A stretch of DNA of 64,000 bases, taken from positions 1 through 64,000 of the forward strand of contig CBDDBZ010000026.1 in NCBI GenBank assembly GCA_965225945.1, read 5' to 3'. Source of the stretch: Alphaproteobacteria bacterium. Lineage in GTDB: Bacteria; Pseudomonadota; Alphaproteobacteria; GCA-2731375. A model generated the notes under the pieces. That model made no database searches, was not told where the DNA came from, and worked only from the letters and a program-made list of their open reading frames with translations. Within the stretch, counting starts at the first letter, position 1. Each line of letters begins with the position of its first letter. A program made the translations under genes and the position numbers. Below, piece after piece: positions 18,903 through 28,384 of this stretch.

Positions 18903-19032
18903 CGCCCCTCCTCCCGGAATTCCCCCTGGAGTTCGTCGTCGATCCCTCGCACCATAGGCTGAGCGCGCGGCACCTGGAACCCGAAACCGAGGGCCGCCAG
19001 GGAGCCGATTTCACCGCTGGAGAGGGCCGGCC

Positions 19033-19965
19033 ATGGCGATGCATCGGATCATCCTCGACTGCGATCCCGGCGTCGACGATGCGCTGGCCATCCTGCTGGC
19101 GCTGGCCGCGCCCGAGCTCGAGCTCGTGGCGATCACCTGCGTCGCGGGCAACGTGGCGCTGGAGAAGACGGTGGCCAACGCGCGGCGCGTCTTGGAGCTG
19201 GCGGGGCGCGTCGAGGTTCCCGTCCATGCCGGCTGTGCCCGCCCGCTGATGGCTCGGGCCGGCCCCGACGCGGCCTCGGCGCACGGTGGCGACGGTTTGG
19301 GTGGGGCCGGCCTGCCGCCGCCATCGGCACCGCCGGCGCCGGGCCACGCGGTCGACGTCATCGTCGAGAGCCTTCTGGCAGCGCCGGCGGGCGCGATCAC
19401 GCTCTCTGCGATCGGTCCCCTCACCAACATCGCGCTGGCGATCGTCAAGGCGCCGGAGATCGTGCCCCGGATCGCCCGTATCGTCTTGATGGGTGGTGCT
19501 GCCTTCGTCCCCGGCAACACCACCCCGGCGGCCGAGTTCAACATCCACGTCGATCCCCATGCCGCCCATATCGTCTTCGACGCCGGCGCGCCGCTGGTCA
19601 TGCTGGGCCTGGACGTCACCCGGCGGGCGGTGGCCGACCAGGTCAGGCGGGCGGCGCTCCGGGCGCTTCGTGCGCCGCTCGGGCCGGCCGTGGCGGACAT
19701 GTTGGAGGGCTATGGCGACGGCGACCCGGCGCTGCACGACCCTTGCGCCGTCGCCTACCTGCTGGCGCCGGAACTGTTCAGCGGCGTCGAGGCGCGGGTC
19801 GAGGTCGAATGCGCCTCACCCCTGGCCCTCGGCCAGACGGTGGCGCGGGCGAGCGCCCGTCATCTGGCCGGCGTGGCCCCCAACGCCACCGTGATCACCG
19901 ATATGGACGCCGCTGCCTTCTTCGACCTCCTGACCGAACGGCTGGGGCGCCTGGCCAGGGGCTAA
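19033..19965 (+). CDS. Nucleoside hydrolase (IU-NH family)
   Basis: DCDPGVDDA, GPLTNIA, AEFNI..DP.AA, LHDP. Confidence 0.92.
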   Translation: MAMHRIILDCDPGVDDALAILLALAAPELELVAITCVAGNVALEKTVANARRVLELAGRVEVPVHAGCARPLMARAGPDAASAHGGDGLGGAGLPPPSAPPAPGHAVDVIVESLLAAPAGAITLSAIGPLTNIALAIVKAPEIVPRIARIVLMGGAAFVPGNTTPAAEFNIHVDPHAAHIVFDAGAPLVMLGLDVTRRAVADQVRRAALRALRAPLGPAVADMLEGYGDGDPALHDPCAVAYLLAPELFSGVEARVEVECASPLALGQTVARASARHLAGVAPNATVITDMDAAAFFDLLTERLGRLARG

Positions 19966-19970
19966 GGCCG

Positions 19971-20888
19971 ATGATCCTGGTCTTCGGTTCGATCAACCTC
20001 GACATCGCGATGGCGAGCGAGCGTCCGCCGGCGGCCGGCGAGACGGTGATCGGGGCGACGTCGACGCTCTCGCCCGGCGGCAAGGGCGCTAACCAAGCCG
20101 CCGCCGCCGCCCGCGCCGGCGCGCCCACCCGCCTGGTCGGCCGGGTGGGCACGGATGCGCTGGCGGCCCTGGCACTCGCCGGGCCCGAGGCGGCGGGGGT
20201 CGACACCTCGGGCGTCGGCCGCGCCGATCAGCCCACGGGGCTAGCCACGATCTGGGTCGCGGGCGACGGCGAGAACCGAATCGTCGTTGCCTCCGGCGCC
20301 AATGGCGAGGCTCGGGCGGACGACGTGGGGGACGCGTTGCTCGGCCCCGAGACGATTCTGCTGCTGCAGATGGAGGTGCCGACGGCGGAGAATTGGCGCC
20401 TCGCCGGGCGCGCCAAGGCGGCGGGAACGCGGGTGCTGCTCAACTTGGCGCCGGCGGCGCCATTGCCCGCTTCCGCGCTTGCCCACATCGACATCCTGGT
20501 GGTGAACGAGGGTGAGGCCGCCGTGGCCACCGGTCTCGATACGGCCTCGGAGGCCGCGCTCCTCGCCGCCCTTGGCCACTTGGCGCGAAGCCGGGGCCTC
20601 GACGTCGTGCTGACCCTCGGCGAACGAGGCGCCCGTCATCTCTCCCAGGCCGGCCAGACGGTGGTGCCGGCGGTGCCGGCTTCGGTGGTCGATACCACGG
20701 CCGCTGGCGATACCTTCGTCGGCGTGTTGGCGGCCGGCCTCGATGCCGGCGAGGCGATGGCGGCGGCACTTCGGCGCGCCAGCGCCGCCGCCGCGCTGTG
20801 CTGCGAGCGGGCGGGCGCGCAAACGGCGCAGCCTTCGGCGGCGGACATCGCGCGGCGCCTCGACGAGGTCGCCGCCAGCCGTTATTGA
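19971..20888 (+). CDS. rbsK: Ribokinase (PfkB family)
   Basis: GSINLD, GGKGANQA, NEGEA, DTTAAGDTFVG. Confidence 0.85.
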   Translation: MILVFGSINLDIAMASERPPAAGETVIGATSTLSPGGKGANQAAAAARAGAPTRLVGRVGTDALAALALAGPEAAGVDTSGVGRADQPTGLATIWVAGDGENRIVVASGANGEARADDVGDALLGPETILLLQMEVPTAENWRLAGRAKAAGTRVLLNLAPAAPLPASALAHIDILVVNEGEAAVATGLDTASEAALLAALGHLARSRGLDVVLTLGERGARHLSQAGQTVVPAVPASVVDTTAAGDTFVGVLAAGLDAGEAMAAALRRASAAAALCCERAGAQTAQPSAADIARRLDEVAASRY

Positions 20889-20936
20889 ACATCCCGGGCG
20901 CCGGAGGGCGGGCGCCGACCGGCGAGGGAAGCGGCG

Positions 20937-21806
20937 ATGAAGTTCGGACTGAGATACTGCAACACCGGTCGTTACGTCGATCCGGCCAAGGCGATCGAGC
21001 TGATCGAGGCCGGCGAGGAGGCCGGCTTCGAATCCGCCTGGACGGTCGAGCACACGGTGGTGCCGGCCGGCTACGAATCGATCTATCCCTATTCGCCCGA
21101 CGGCAAGATGGCCGGCGGCAGGTGCGACTTTGCCCTGCCCGATCCGTTGATCTGGCTCGCCTACGTCGCCTCGCGCACGAGCCGCATCAAGCTCGCCACG
21201 GGGATCTTGATCCTGCCGCAACACAATCCCGTGGTGACGGCGAAGCAGGTCGCCTCGCTCGACCATCTCTCTGGCGGGCGGATGCTGCTCGGCATCGGCG
21301 TCGGCTGGCTGCGCGAGGAGTTCGAGGCCCTGGGCGTGCCGTTCGAGGATCGGGGCCGGCGGACCGACGAATACGTCGCCGCGATGCGCGAGCTGTGGAC
21401 CGGCGAAGCACCGACCCACGAGGGCGAGTTCTTGCAATTCGAAGGCGCGCACTGCCTCCCCCGACCGGTGAACGGCACGGTGCCGATCATCGTCGGCGGC
21501 CATTCCAAGCTCGCCGCCAGGCGCGCCGGCCGCCTCGGCGACGGCTTCTTCCCGGCCCGCGGCGCGCCGGCGGAACTGGTGGCGCTGGCGCGGGCGGAAG
21601 CCGACGCGCATGGCCGCGATCCCGCCCGGCTGGAGATCACCACCAGCCTGCCGGAGGATTTGGACGAGCTGGGGCGCCTGGCCGAAATCGGGGTGAGCCG
21701 GGTGCTGGTGCCGGTCACCGACATGGCGGGCCTGGCGACCGCGATAAGCGGGCCGGAGGACGTGCTCGCCTGGAAGGATCGAATCGAGCACTACGCCGCG
21801 CTTTGA
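20937..21806 (+). CDS. LLM-class flavin/F420-dependent oxidoreductase
   Basis: AEAGFESAWTVEH-type motif, LDHLSGGR..LGIGVGWL.EEF, PIIVGG.S..A.RRA.R.GDGF. Confidence 0.85.
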   Translation: MKFGLRYCNTGRYVDPAKAIELIEAGEEAGFESAWTVEHTVVPAGYESIYPYSPDGKMAGGRCDFALPDPLIWLAYVASRTSRIKLATGILILPQHNPVVTAKQVASLDHLSGGRMLLGIGVGWLREEFEALGVPFEDRGRRTDEYVAAMRELWTGEAPTHEGEFLQFEGAHCLPRPVNGTVPIIVGGHSKLAARRAGRLGDGFFPARGAPAELVALARAEADAHGRDPARLEITTSLPEDLDELGRLAEIGVSRVLVPVTDMAGLATAISGPEDVLAWKDRIEHYAAL

Positions 21807-21823
21807 ACGAGGACGGTTCCGTA

Positions 21824-22921
21824 ATGGACGAAGCCGCCGCCGGCGCCGTATTGACGGTCGACCTGGAAGCGATCGCCGAGAACTATCGCCGCCTCGACAG
21901 GGAGGCGGGCGGGGCCGTCTGCGCCGCCGTGGTGAAGGCGAACGCCTACGGCCTGGGCGTCCGACGGGTGGCGCCGGCGCTCCATGGCGCCGGCTGCCGG
22001 CACTTTTTCGTCGCCCATCTGAGGGAAGGAGTGGCGCTCCGCGCGCTCCTGCCCGAGGTCGAGATCCAGGTCCTGCACGGGCCGATGCCGGGAACCGAGC
22101 CGGCCTTTCGCGATGCCCGGCTGATTCCGGTGCTGAATTCGCTGGCCCAGGTCGACGCCTGGCGCAATAGCGGCGGCGGCCCGGCGGCGCTGCATCTCGA
22201 CAGCGGACTCAGCCGGCTGGGACTGGCCCCGGCCGAGGTCGAAATACTGGCCGAGACGCCGGCCCGCTTGCGCGGCCTCGAGCTCCGCCAGGTGTCGAGC
22301 CATCTCGCCTCCGGCGAGCTTCCCGATGCCGCCTCCAATGGCGAGCAGCGGATCGCCTTCGAGGCGGCGCGCCGCCTTCTGCCGGCGGCGCCGGCGAGCC
22401 TCGCCGCCTCCTCCGGCATCTTCCTGGGGCCTGAATTTCACCTCGACATGGTCCGCGTGGGGGTCGCGCTCCACGGCGTCAATCCGACTCCGAATCAACC
22501 CAATCCGATGCGCCAAGTGGTTAATTTACAAGCTAAAATTCTTAACGCTCGGGAAATTGACACGGGCGAGGGCGTTGGCTACGGCCTGACCTGGCGGGCG
22601 CCGGGCCGGCGGCGGATCGCCACCGTCGCGATGGGCTATGGCGACGGTTACCTCCGCGCCCTCGGCAACCGGGCGGAGGCCGCGATCCAGGGGCAACGGG
22701 TGCCAGTCGTGGGACGGATCTCGATGGATCTGATCACGCTCGACGTGACCGAGGCGCCGGAATCGGCGCTTCGTTTCGGCGCGCCGGTGGAAATGATCGG
22801 CGAAACCGTGACGCTGGACGAGCTGGCGGCGGCCGGCGACACCATCGCCTACGAGATCCTGACCGGGCTGGGCGAGCGGCTTCATCGGGCTTATCTCGGC
22901 GAGGGCGGAGACCCCTGCTAA
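21824..22921 (+). CDS. alr: Alanine racemase
   Basis: AVVKANAYGLG (PLP lysine), DSGLSRLG, VGYG, GYGDGY, GRISMD, IAYEIL. Confidence 0.94.
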   Translation: MDEAAAGAVLTVDLEAIAENYRRLDREAGGAVCAAVVKANAYGLGVRRVAPALHGAGCRHFFVAHLREGVALRALLPEVEIQVLHGPMPGTEPAFRDARLIPVLNSLAQVDAWRNSGGGPAALHLDSGLSRLGLAPAEVEILAETPARLRGLELRQVSSHLASGELPDAASNGEQRIAFEAARRLLPAAPASLAASSGIFLGPEFHLDMVRVGVALHGVNPTPNQPNPMRQVVNLQAKILNAREIDTGEGVGYGLTWRAPGRRRIATVAMGYGDGYLRALGNRAEAAIQGQRVPVVGRISMDLITLDVTEAPESALRFGAPVEMIGETVTLDELAAAGDTIAYEILTGLGERLHRAYLGEGGDPC

Positions 22922-23055
22922 TCGTAGACCACGCCGGGGAGCCAGAGGACGAGGGCGGGGAAGACGACGACAGCGACGAGGCCCACGAGCTGCAGGAACA
23001 CGAAGGGCACGATGCCGGCGAAACGGGCCGGCCGGGCGAGCGCGCCCTCGCTCAT
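22918..23055 (-). CDS. 45-aa membrane peptide resembling the last helix of a TRAP DctM permease
   Basis: GIVPFVFLQLVGLVAVVVFPALVLWLP; ATG overlaps the upstream gene's TGA (ATGA). Confidence 0.5.
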   Translation of the reverse strand: MSEGALARPARFAGIVPFVFLQLVGLVAVVVFPALVLWLPGVVYD

Positions 23056-23774
23056 CGCCAGGAGTCCGTCCGCAGGAAGGCGCGCCGGTCGTCCTCCAGA
23101 ACGAGGCAGGTGAGGACGCCGGTGGCGAAGGCACCGGTGTCGATGCCGATCCGGTTCGCCCGGACCTCCACCTCGTGTCTGGGCGTATGGCCGTGGACCA
23201 CGATGGCGCCGTGATCCTCCTCGCTGTTCAGGAACGGCTCGCGAATCCAGGTGAGATCCTCTTCCCGCTGCCGTTCCAGCGGCACGCCGGGCAGGATGCC
23301 GGCATGGACGAACAGGTAGTCGCCCTCCCGGTGATGGAGGCGGAGGCCGGCGAGGAAGTCGAGGTGCGTCTCGGGCATGGCGCCACGGCACCGCGCGGCG
23401 CCGCCGAATGCGGTCGCCACGGCGGCGGGCAGATCGTAGCTCTCCAGCGTGGCGTCGCCACCGTTATGGGACCACAGATCTCCGTTCTCTCCCCGCTCCA
23501 CGAAGTCGCGCATCATGGCTTCGTGATTGCCCAGCAGGTGGATCGTCTCGAAGCCCGGCAGGGGCGAGGCCGACAGACGCGAGATCACCCCTCGGCTGTC
23601 GGGGCCACGATCGACATAGTCGCCCAGATAGACGATGACCTTGTGTCCCGCCGCCGCTGTCGCCGCGTCGGCCAGGATCATCTCGTGCAGCCGGTCCAGC
23701 AAGCCGGCGCATCCGTGGATGTCGCCGACGGCATAGACCCGCCGGCCCGCCGGCGCCCTCGGCCCTGTCACCAT
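23052..23774 (-). CDS. Metallophosphoesterase (Ser/Thr phosphatase family)
   Basis: GDIHG, GDYVDRG, GNHE, FVHAG, HGHT, IDTGA. Confidence 0.92.
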   Translation of the reverse strand: MVTGPRAPAGRRVYAVGDIHGCAGLLDRLHEMILADAATAAAGHKVIVYLGDYVDRGPDSRGVISRLSASPLPGFETIHLLGNHEAMMRDFVERGENGDLWSHNGGDATLESYDLPAAVATAFGGAARCRGAMPETHLDFLAGLRLHHREGDYLFVHAGILPGVPLERQREEDLTWIREPFLNSEEDHGAIVVHGHTPRHEVEVRANRIGIDTGAFATGVLTCLVLEDDRRAFLRTDSWR

Positions 23775-23850
23775 CGGCGCCCGCCGCCTTCAAGGATATA
23801 GGGCTGCGCAAGACACCAAGGGGAAGCAATTTTCCGTTTGCGTCGCAGCC

Positions 23851-25260
23851 CTATGCCTCCAGGCCCGGCGGCACCCGGCCGGTCCATTTCGTCGCGTCCT
23901 CGTGCGCCCAGGCGATGCGCAGCGCCGTCGCCTCGTCCAAGCCGGCGCAGGCGATCTGCAGCGCGCTCGGCAGGCCATCGGCGGTAAAACCGTTCGGCAC
24001 CGTCGCGGCGCACATCTCCAGGAGGTTGGCGGCCCGGGTGAAGACGGCGGGCGTGGCGTTTTGGTCGATCTCGTCGAGCGGGGGCGCCGAGGTCGCAGTG
24101 GTCGGGCTGAGCCAGCCATCGAAGCCCTCGAGCGCCGCCCGGAACTCGGCCACGAGGGCCTGTTGCTCGGCCAGGGCTCGCTGGTAGTCGCGGGCCGAGA
24201 CGTCCTTGCCGAGCCAGATTCGCGGGCGAACGGCGGGATCGAGCGGCAGGTCCATGTCGTCGACCAGATCGCCGACGAAATAGTAACCTTCCGAGCCGAT
24301 GATCCGACCGGTCACCGCGCCCAGATCGTCGAAGCTCTTGGGCATCGCCACCTCGACCAGCTCGGCGCCGAGACGCGACAGCAGCGCCAGGGACTCGTCA
24401 TAGGCGGCCAGAATATCGGCCGCCACCTTCTCGCGCTCGGAGCCATGCATCGCCGCGAGCCTGAGGCCGACGACGCCGCGTCGGAGCGATGGCATCGGAT
24501 CCTCGATGGGGTGAAGCATGGTCTTGGGATCGAGCGGATCGGGCCCCGCCAGCACCTGGTAGAGCCGGGCCGCGTCCTCGACCGTGCGGCACATCGGGCC
24601 CGGCGTGTCGAGCGTGGTGCTGAGCGGCAGCACCCCATGCGTGCTGATCCGCCCGATCGTCGCCTTCAAGCCGGCGAGGCCGCACCAGGAGGACGGCAGG
24701 CGCACCGAGCCACCGGTGTCGGTGCCGATCGCCCAGGGCGCCATGCCGGCGGCGACCGAAACGCCGGAGCCCGCGCTGGAGCCGCCGGGCGCACGGTGAG
24801 TCGCCAGGTCCCAGGGGTTCCAGGCCGTGCCCATGTGCTCGTTGGTGCCCCAGCCGCCCATCGCGAATTCGACCGTGTGGGTCTTGCCGATGACGATCAT
24901 GCCGGCCTGGATCAGGCGCCGCGCGAGGCTCGCCGTGGTGGCCGAGACGCGATGCTCCCAGACCTTGGAGCCGCCGGTGGTGATGCGCCCCTCGAGATCG
25001 ATGATGTCCTTCAGCGCGATCGGCACGCCGTGGAAGGGTCCGACCGCATGGCCGGTTCGGATCGCCTTCCCGGCGGCGTCCGCCGCTTCCCGCGCCTCGT
25101 CCGCGTAAACCGTGACGAAGGCGTGGAGCTTCTCGTCGTAACGCTGGATGCGGTCGAGGAAGCGATCCATCACCGCTACCGGCGACAGCCGGCCGGCCCC
25201 CATCTCGGCCGCGAGCTCGCTCGCCGACAGGAAGGCCAAATCCGTGTTCTGGCTGTTCAA
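23851..25260 (-). CDS. Amidase-signature family protein
   Basis: GVPIALKD, PGGSSAGS, GTDTGGSVRLP. Confidence 0.9.
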   Translation of the reverse strand: MNSQNTDLAFLSASELAAEMGAGRLSPVAVMDRFLDRIQRYDEKLHAFVTVYADEAREAADAAGKAIRTGHAVGPFHGVPIALKDIIDLEGRITTGGSKVWEHRVSATTASLARRLIQAGMIVIGKTHTVEFAMGGWGTNEHMGTAWNPWDLATHRAPGGSSAGSGVSVAAGMAPWAIGTDTGGSVRLPSSWCGLAGLKATIGRISTHGVLPLSTTLDTPGPMCRTVEDAARLYQVLAGPDPLDPKTMLHPIEDPMPSLRRGVVGLRLAAMHGSEREKVAADILAAYDESLALLSRLGAELVEVAMPKSFDDLGAVTGRIIGSEGYYFVGDLVDDMDLPLDPAVRPRIWLGKDVSARDYQRALAEQQALVAEFRAALEGFDGWLSPTTATSAPPLDEIDQNATPAVFTRAANLLEMCAATVPNGFTADGLPSALQIACAGLDEATALRIAWAHEDATKWTGRVPPGLEA

Positions 25261-25384
25261 CTCGTGCTACTCCCCTTCGTCCGAATTGCGATCGCGACCA
25301 GCCTAAACCATTGTCGAGATTCCATCCATGGCTTGCCCGCGCGGGTGATGGATGAAGAGTTTGCATTGGGCGGCTGGAGGAGGC

Positions 25385-25588
25385 ATGGAGATGACGACCG
25401 ACGGGATGAGCGACGCGGAGTTCGCCGAACTGGCTCGCAATCTGGGACTCGAGCGCTTTCACGCGCTCGATGCCGAGGCGCTGCGCCGTGCGTGGCGCTA
25501 TGCCCAGGGGATCACCGCCGGCACGTCACGACCCGAGGACGTCGCCGACGAGCCGGCGCACGCCTACCGCGCCGGCGAGGAGGCGTGA
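25385..25588 (+). CDS. Small hypothetical protein upstream of amidase
   Basis: Strong RBS (GGAGGAGG); ends EPAHAY...; 4 nt before the amidase ATG. Confidence 0.6.
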   Translation: MEMTTDGMSDAEFAELARNLGLERFHALDAEALRRAWRYAQGITAGTSRPEDVADEPAHAYRAGEEA

Positions 25589-25592
25589 GGCC

Positions 25593-26993
25593 ATGAGCAC
25601 GGAACTCGCCTACATGAGCCTCGCCGAGGCGGCGCGCCGGATCGCCGCCAAAGAGCTCTCGCCGGTCGACTACGTCACCGCGTTGATCCACCGGATCGAG
25701 GCGCACGACCACAAGCTCGACGCATTCCTAAAGCTCGACGCTCGCGCGGCGCTTGCTCGCGCCCGGGCGGCGGAGGCGGATCTCGCCGCCGCTCGGCCGC
25801 TCGGGGCCCTTCACGGCGTGCCCTTCGCGCTGAAGGACATCATCGACGCGGAAGGCCTGCCGACGACGGCGCATTCCAAGATCCTGGAGGGCAACGTCGC
25901 TCGCGCGGACGCGGAGGTCACGCGCCGCTTGAAGGCGGCGGGCGGCAATCTGCTGGGCAAGCTCTCGACCCACGAGTTCGCGATTGGCGGGCCCTGCTTC
26001 GATCTCCCCTGGCCGCCGGCGCGCAATCCCTGGAACCGCGAGGCGATGCCGGGAGGCTCTTCCAGCGGCTCGGGCGCGGCGGTGGCGGCGGGCTTCGTTC
26101 CCGCCGCGCTCGGCAGCGACACCGGCGGCTCGGTGCGCAACCCCGCGTCGTGTTGCGCCCTCGTCGGCATGAAGGCGACCTACGGCCGGGTCAGCCGACG
26201 CGGCGTGATCCCGCTTTCCTTCGCCCTCGATCACGTCGGCCCGTTGACCCGCGACGTCCGCGACAACGCGCTGATGCTGAACCTGCTCGCCGGCCACGAC
26301 GCCCTCGATCCCGGCAGCGCGCGGGCCGCCGTCCCCGACTTCACCGCCGGCCTCGAGGACGGCGTCGAGGGGCTGCGGGTCGGGGTGATCCGGCATTTTT
26401 ATACCGAGGACATGGTCGCCGACCCGGAGATGGCCGAGGCCATCGAGACTGCGCTCGGCGTTCTGGAGGGGCTCGGCGCCCGGGTCGAGGAAGTCCGGAC
26501 CCGCCCGCTGGCCGACTACGCCGCCTGCAACCGGACCATCCTGCTCTGCGAGGCCTACGCGGTGCACGAAAGTTGGCTTACGGCGCGGCCGGAGGACTAT
26601 GGCGCGCTGACCCGCGAGCGGCTGGCGCCCGGCGCCTTCATCCGCGCCGTCGACTACGTGCAGGCGGTCCGCACCCGCAAGTGCCTGGCCGACGAGTTCC
26701 GCGAGCTGATGGCGAATTTCGATGTCGTCGTCACCGCCTCCTCCATGCATGCGCCGGGCGGAATCGAGGACGCCGAGGAGATGGCCCGGACCTATTCGCG
26801 CCAGGCCCGTCCGCCCTTCAACGTCACCGGCAGCCCGGCCCTGGTGCTGCCGACGGGATTTACCGAGAGCGGTCTGCCGCTCTCGATGCAGATCGTCGGC
26901 AAGCCGTTCGACGAAGCCATGGTCTATCGCGTCGCCCACGCCTACGAGCAGGCGACGCCTTGGAAGGACCGGCGACCGCCCCTCGAGGGGTGA
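25593..26993 (+). CDS. Amidase-signature family protein
   Basis: GVPFALKD, PGGSSSGS, GSDTGGSVRNP, GLPLSMQ. Confidence 0.9.
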   Translation: MSTELAYMSLAEAARRIAAKELSPVDYVTALIHRIEAHDHKLDAFLKLDARAALARARAAEADLAAARPLGALHGVPFALKDIIDAEGLPTTAHSKILEGNVARADAEVTRRLKAAGGNLLGKLSTHEFAIGGPCFDLPWPPARNPWNREAMPGGSSSGSGAAVAAGFVPAALGSDTGGSVRNPASCCALVGMKATYGRVSRRGVIPLSFALDHVGPLTRDVRDNALMLNLLAGHDALDPGSARAAVPDFTAGLEDGVEGLRVGVIRHFYTEDMVADPEMAEAIETALGVLEGLGARVEEVRTRPLADYAACNRTILLCEAYAVHESWLTARPEDYGALTRERLAPGAFIRAVDYVQAVRTRKCLADEFRELMANFDVVVTASSMHAPGGIEDAEEMARTYSRQARPPFNVTGSPALVLPTGFTESGLPLSMQIVGKPFDEAMVYRVAHAYEQATPWKDRRPPLEG

Positions 26994-27038
26994 CGCATGA
27001 TCCGCATTCGCGGATTCCCCTGGCGGAACCGATAACGT

Positions 27039-28367
27039 TCAGCCGCCCTCGATGTTCTCGCGCGTGAGTGGCGTCACCGCGGCGAGACGCCCGACGGCCT
27101 CGGGCCCGACGTCCAGCACCGACGCCAAGATCGCGCCCGCGCCGGCGGCGCAGTAAACCGCGCCGCATTCGCCGGCGCCCAGACCACAAGCCGAGCGCAC
27201 CTCCTCGAGCGTCCCCACCCCCTCGCCCGCGAGCGATCGCAGCGTTCCGGCGCCGACCTCGCGGCAGGGGCAAACGAGCGTATTGTCCGGCACGCCGAGC
27301 GGCAGGTCGAGGGGTTCGGGAAAGGCCCGTCGAAGCGCGCTATGGAAAGTGTTGCGGGTTTCGATCCGGGTCATCCAGAAGCGCAGCGTCCCGACGGTGA
27401 CGGGATAGCCGAGATCGATCAGGGCCGCGAAAGCGGCGACCGTCCCGCTCGCTTCGGCGAGGATAGTTTCGCCGTGCCCGCGTGCCGCGCCGGCGAGATA
27501 GACCGAGTCGACCTCGATCCTCCCCGTGTCCTCCACCTCGACGCGCCACCCGCCACGTTCCGCCTCGAAGGCGAAGCCGGCACCGGCCAGTTCCGACATC
27601 CGATCGTCGGCTCGCCAGCCGAAGCCGACGACGACGGCGTCGCCGGGAATTGCGAACTCCACGCCGCGCGCGTCCCGACAGTGCAAGGCCTCGATAGCGC
27701 CCTCGCCCACCACCGCGAGCGGCCGGACCCCACGCTGGATCGAGACGCGCCGTGACTTGAGCGCCGCGAGATCGGCCAGCAGGTCCGCCAGCACCATCCA
27801 TTCGGTGGCCAGGCCCGGCAGCGCGGCGAGACCGGCGCCCACGTCCCCGGTGTCGAGCACGGCGGCCACCTCCACGCCCGCCATGGCGTGACGCGCGGCG
27901 ACCCGGTAGAGCGCCGGACCGGTGCCGAGGAAGATCACCCGCCGGCCGATCGGCCGGGCCCGGGAGAGGGCGGCGAGTGCCGCGCTGATGGTGACCACGC
28001 CGTCGCGTGACCAGCCGGGAAAGGGCAGCAGCAATTCGTGCGCGCCGGTCGCCACAATCAGGGCGTCGAACGGAATCGTCTCCTCCGTCTCGCCCTGGAC
28101 GATTCGCAAGCCGCCGTCGTGGACCGTGGTCGCCAGCACCCCGGGGCGGAATTCGAGCTTCTCCGCCAGCGCCGCGAAGGTGCGCCGCAAGGCCGCCGAG
28201 CGATCGCCGAAACGGACCCGCCCCGCCGCGCCCAGACGGCGCTCCCGCCCCCCGATGTCCGCGCCGATATCGATCAGCACCGGCCGAATTCCGACGCCGA
28301 CCAGGACCTCGGCCGCACGCAGTCCGGCCGGGCCGGCGCCGACGATGGCGACTCGTTCGTCACGCAT
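27039..28367 (-). CDS. FAD/NAD(P)-dependent oxidoreductase, opine oxidase A/HcnB-like, with C-terminal BFD-like Cys motif
   Basis: IVGAGPAG, ATGA.E...PFPGW, CPCREV, G.G.C....C. Confidence 0.75.
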   Translation of the reverse strand: MRDERVAIVGAGPAGLRAAEVLVGVGIRPVLIDIGADIGGRERRLGAAGRVRFGDRSAALRRTFAALAEKLEFRPGVLATTVHDGGLRIVQGETEETIPFDALIVATGAHELLLPFPGWSRDGVVTISAALAALSRARPIGRRVIFLGTGPALYRVAARHAMAGVEVAAVLDTGDVGAGLAALPGLATEWMVLADLLADLAALKSRRVSIQRGVRPLAVVGEGAIEALHCRDARGVEFAIPGDAVVVGFGWRADDRMSELAGAGFAFEAERGGWRVEVEDTGRIEVDSVYLAGAARGHGETILAEASGTVAAFAALIDLGYPVTVGTLRFWMTRIETRNTFHSALRRAFPEPLDLPLGVPDNTLVCPCREVGAGTLRSLAGEGVGTLEEVRSACGLGAGECGAVYCAAGAGAILASVLDVGPEAVGRLAAVTPLTRENIEGG

Positions 28368-28384
28368 TCCGCCGACCGCCCGGC

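Noticed and set aside
18903-19032. Glycine riboswitch upstream of the GcvT-family gene
   Set aside because: Only a 130-nt divergent spacer with no recognisable aptamer motifs.
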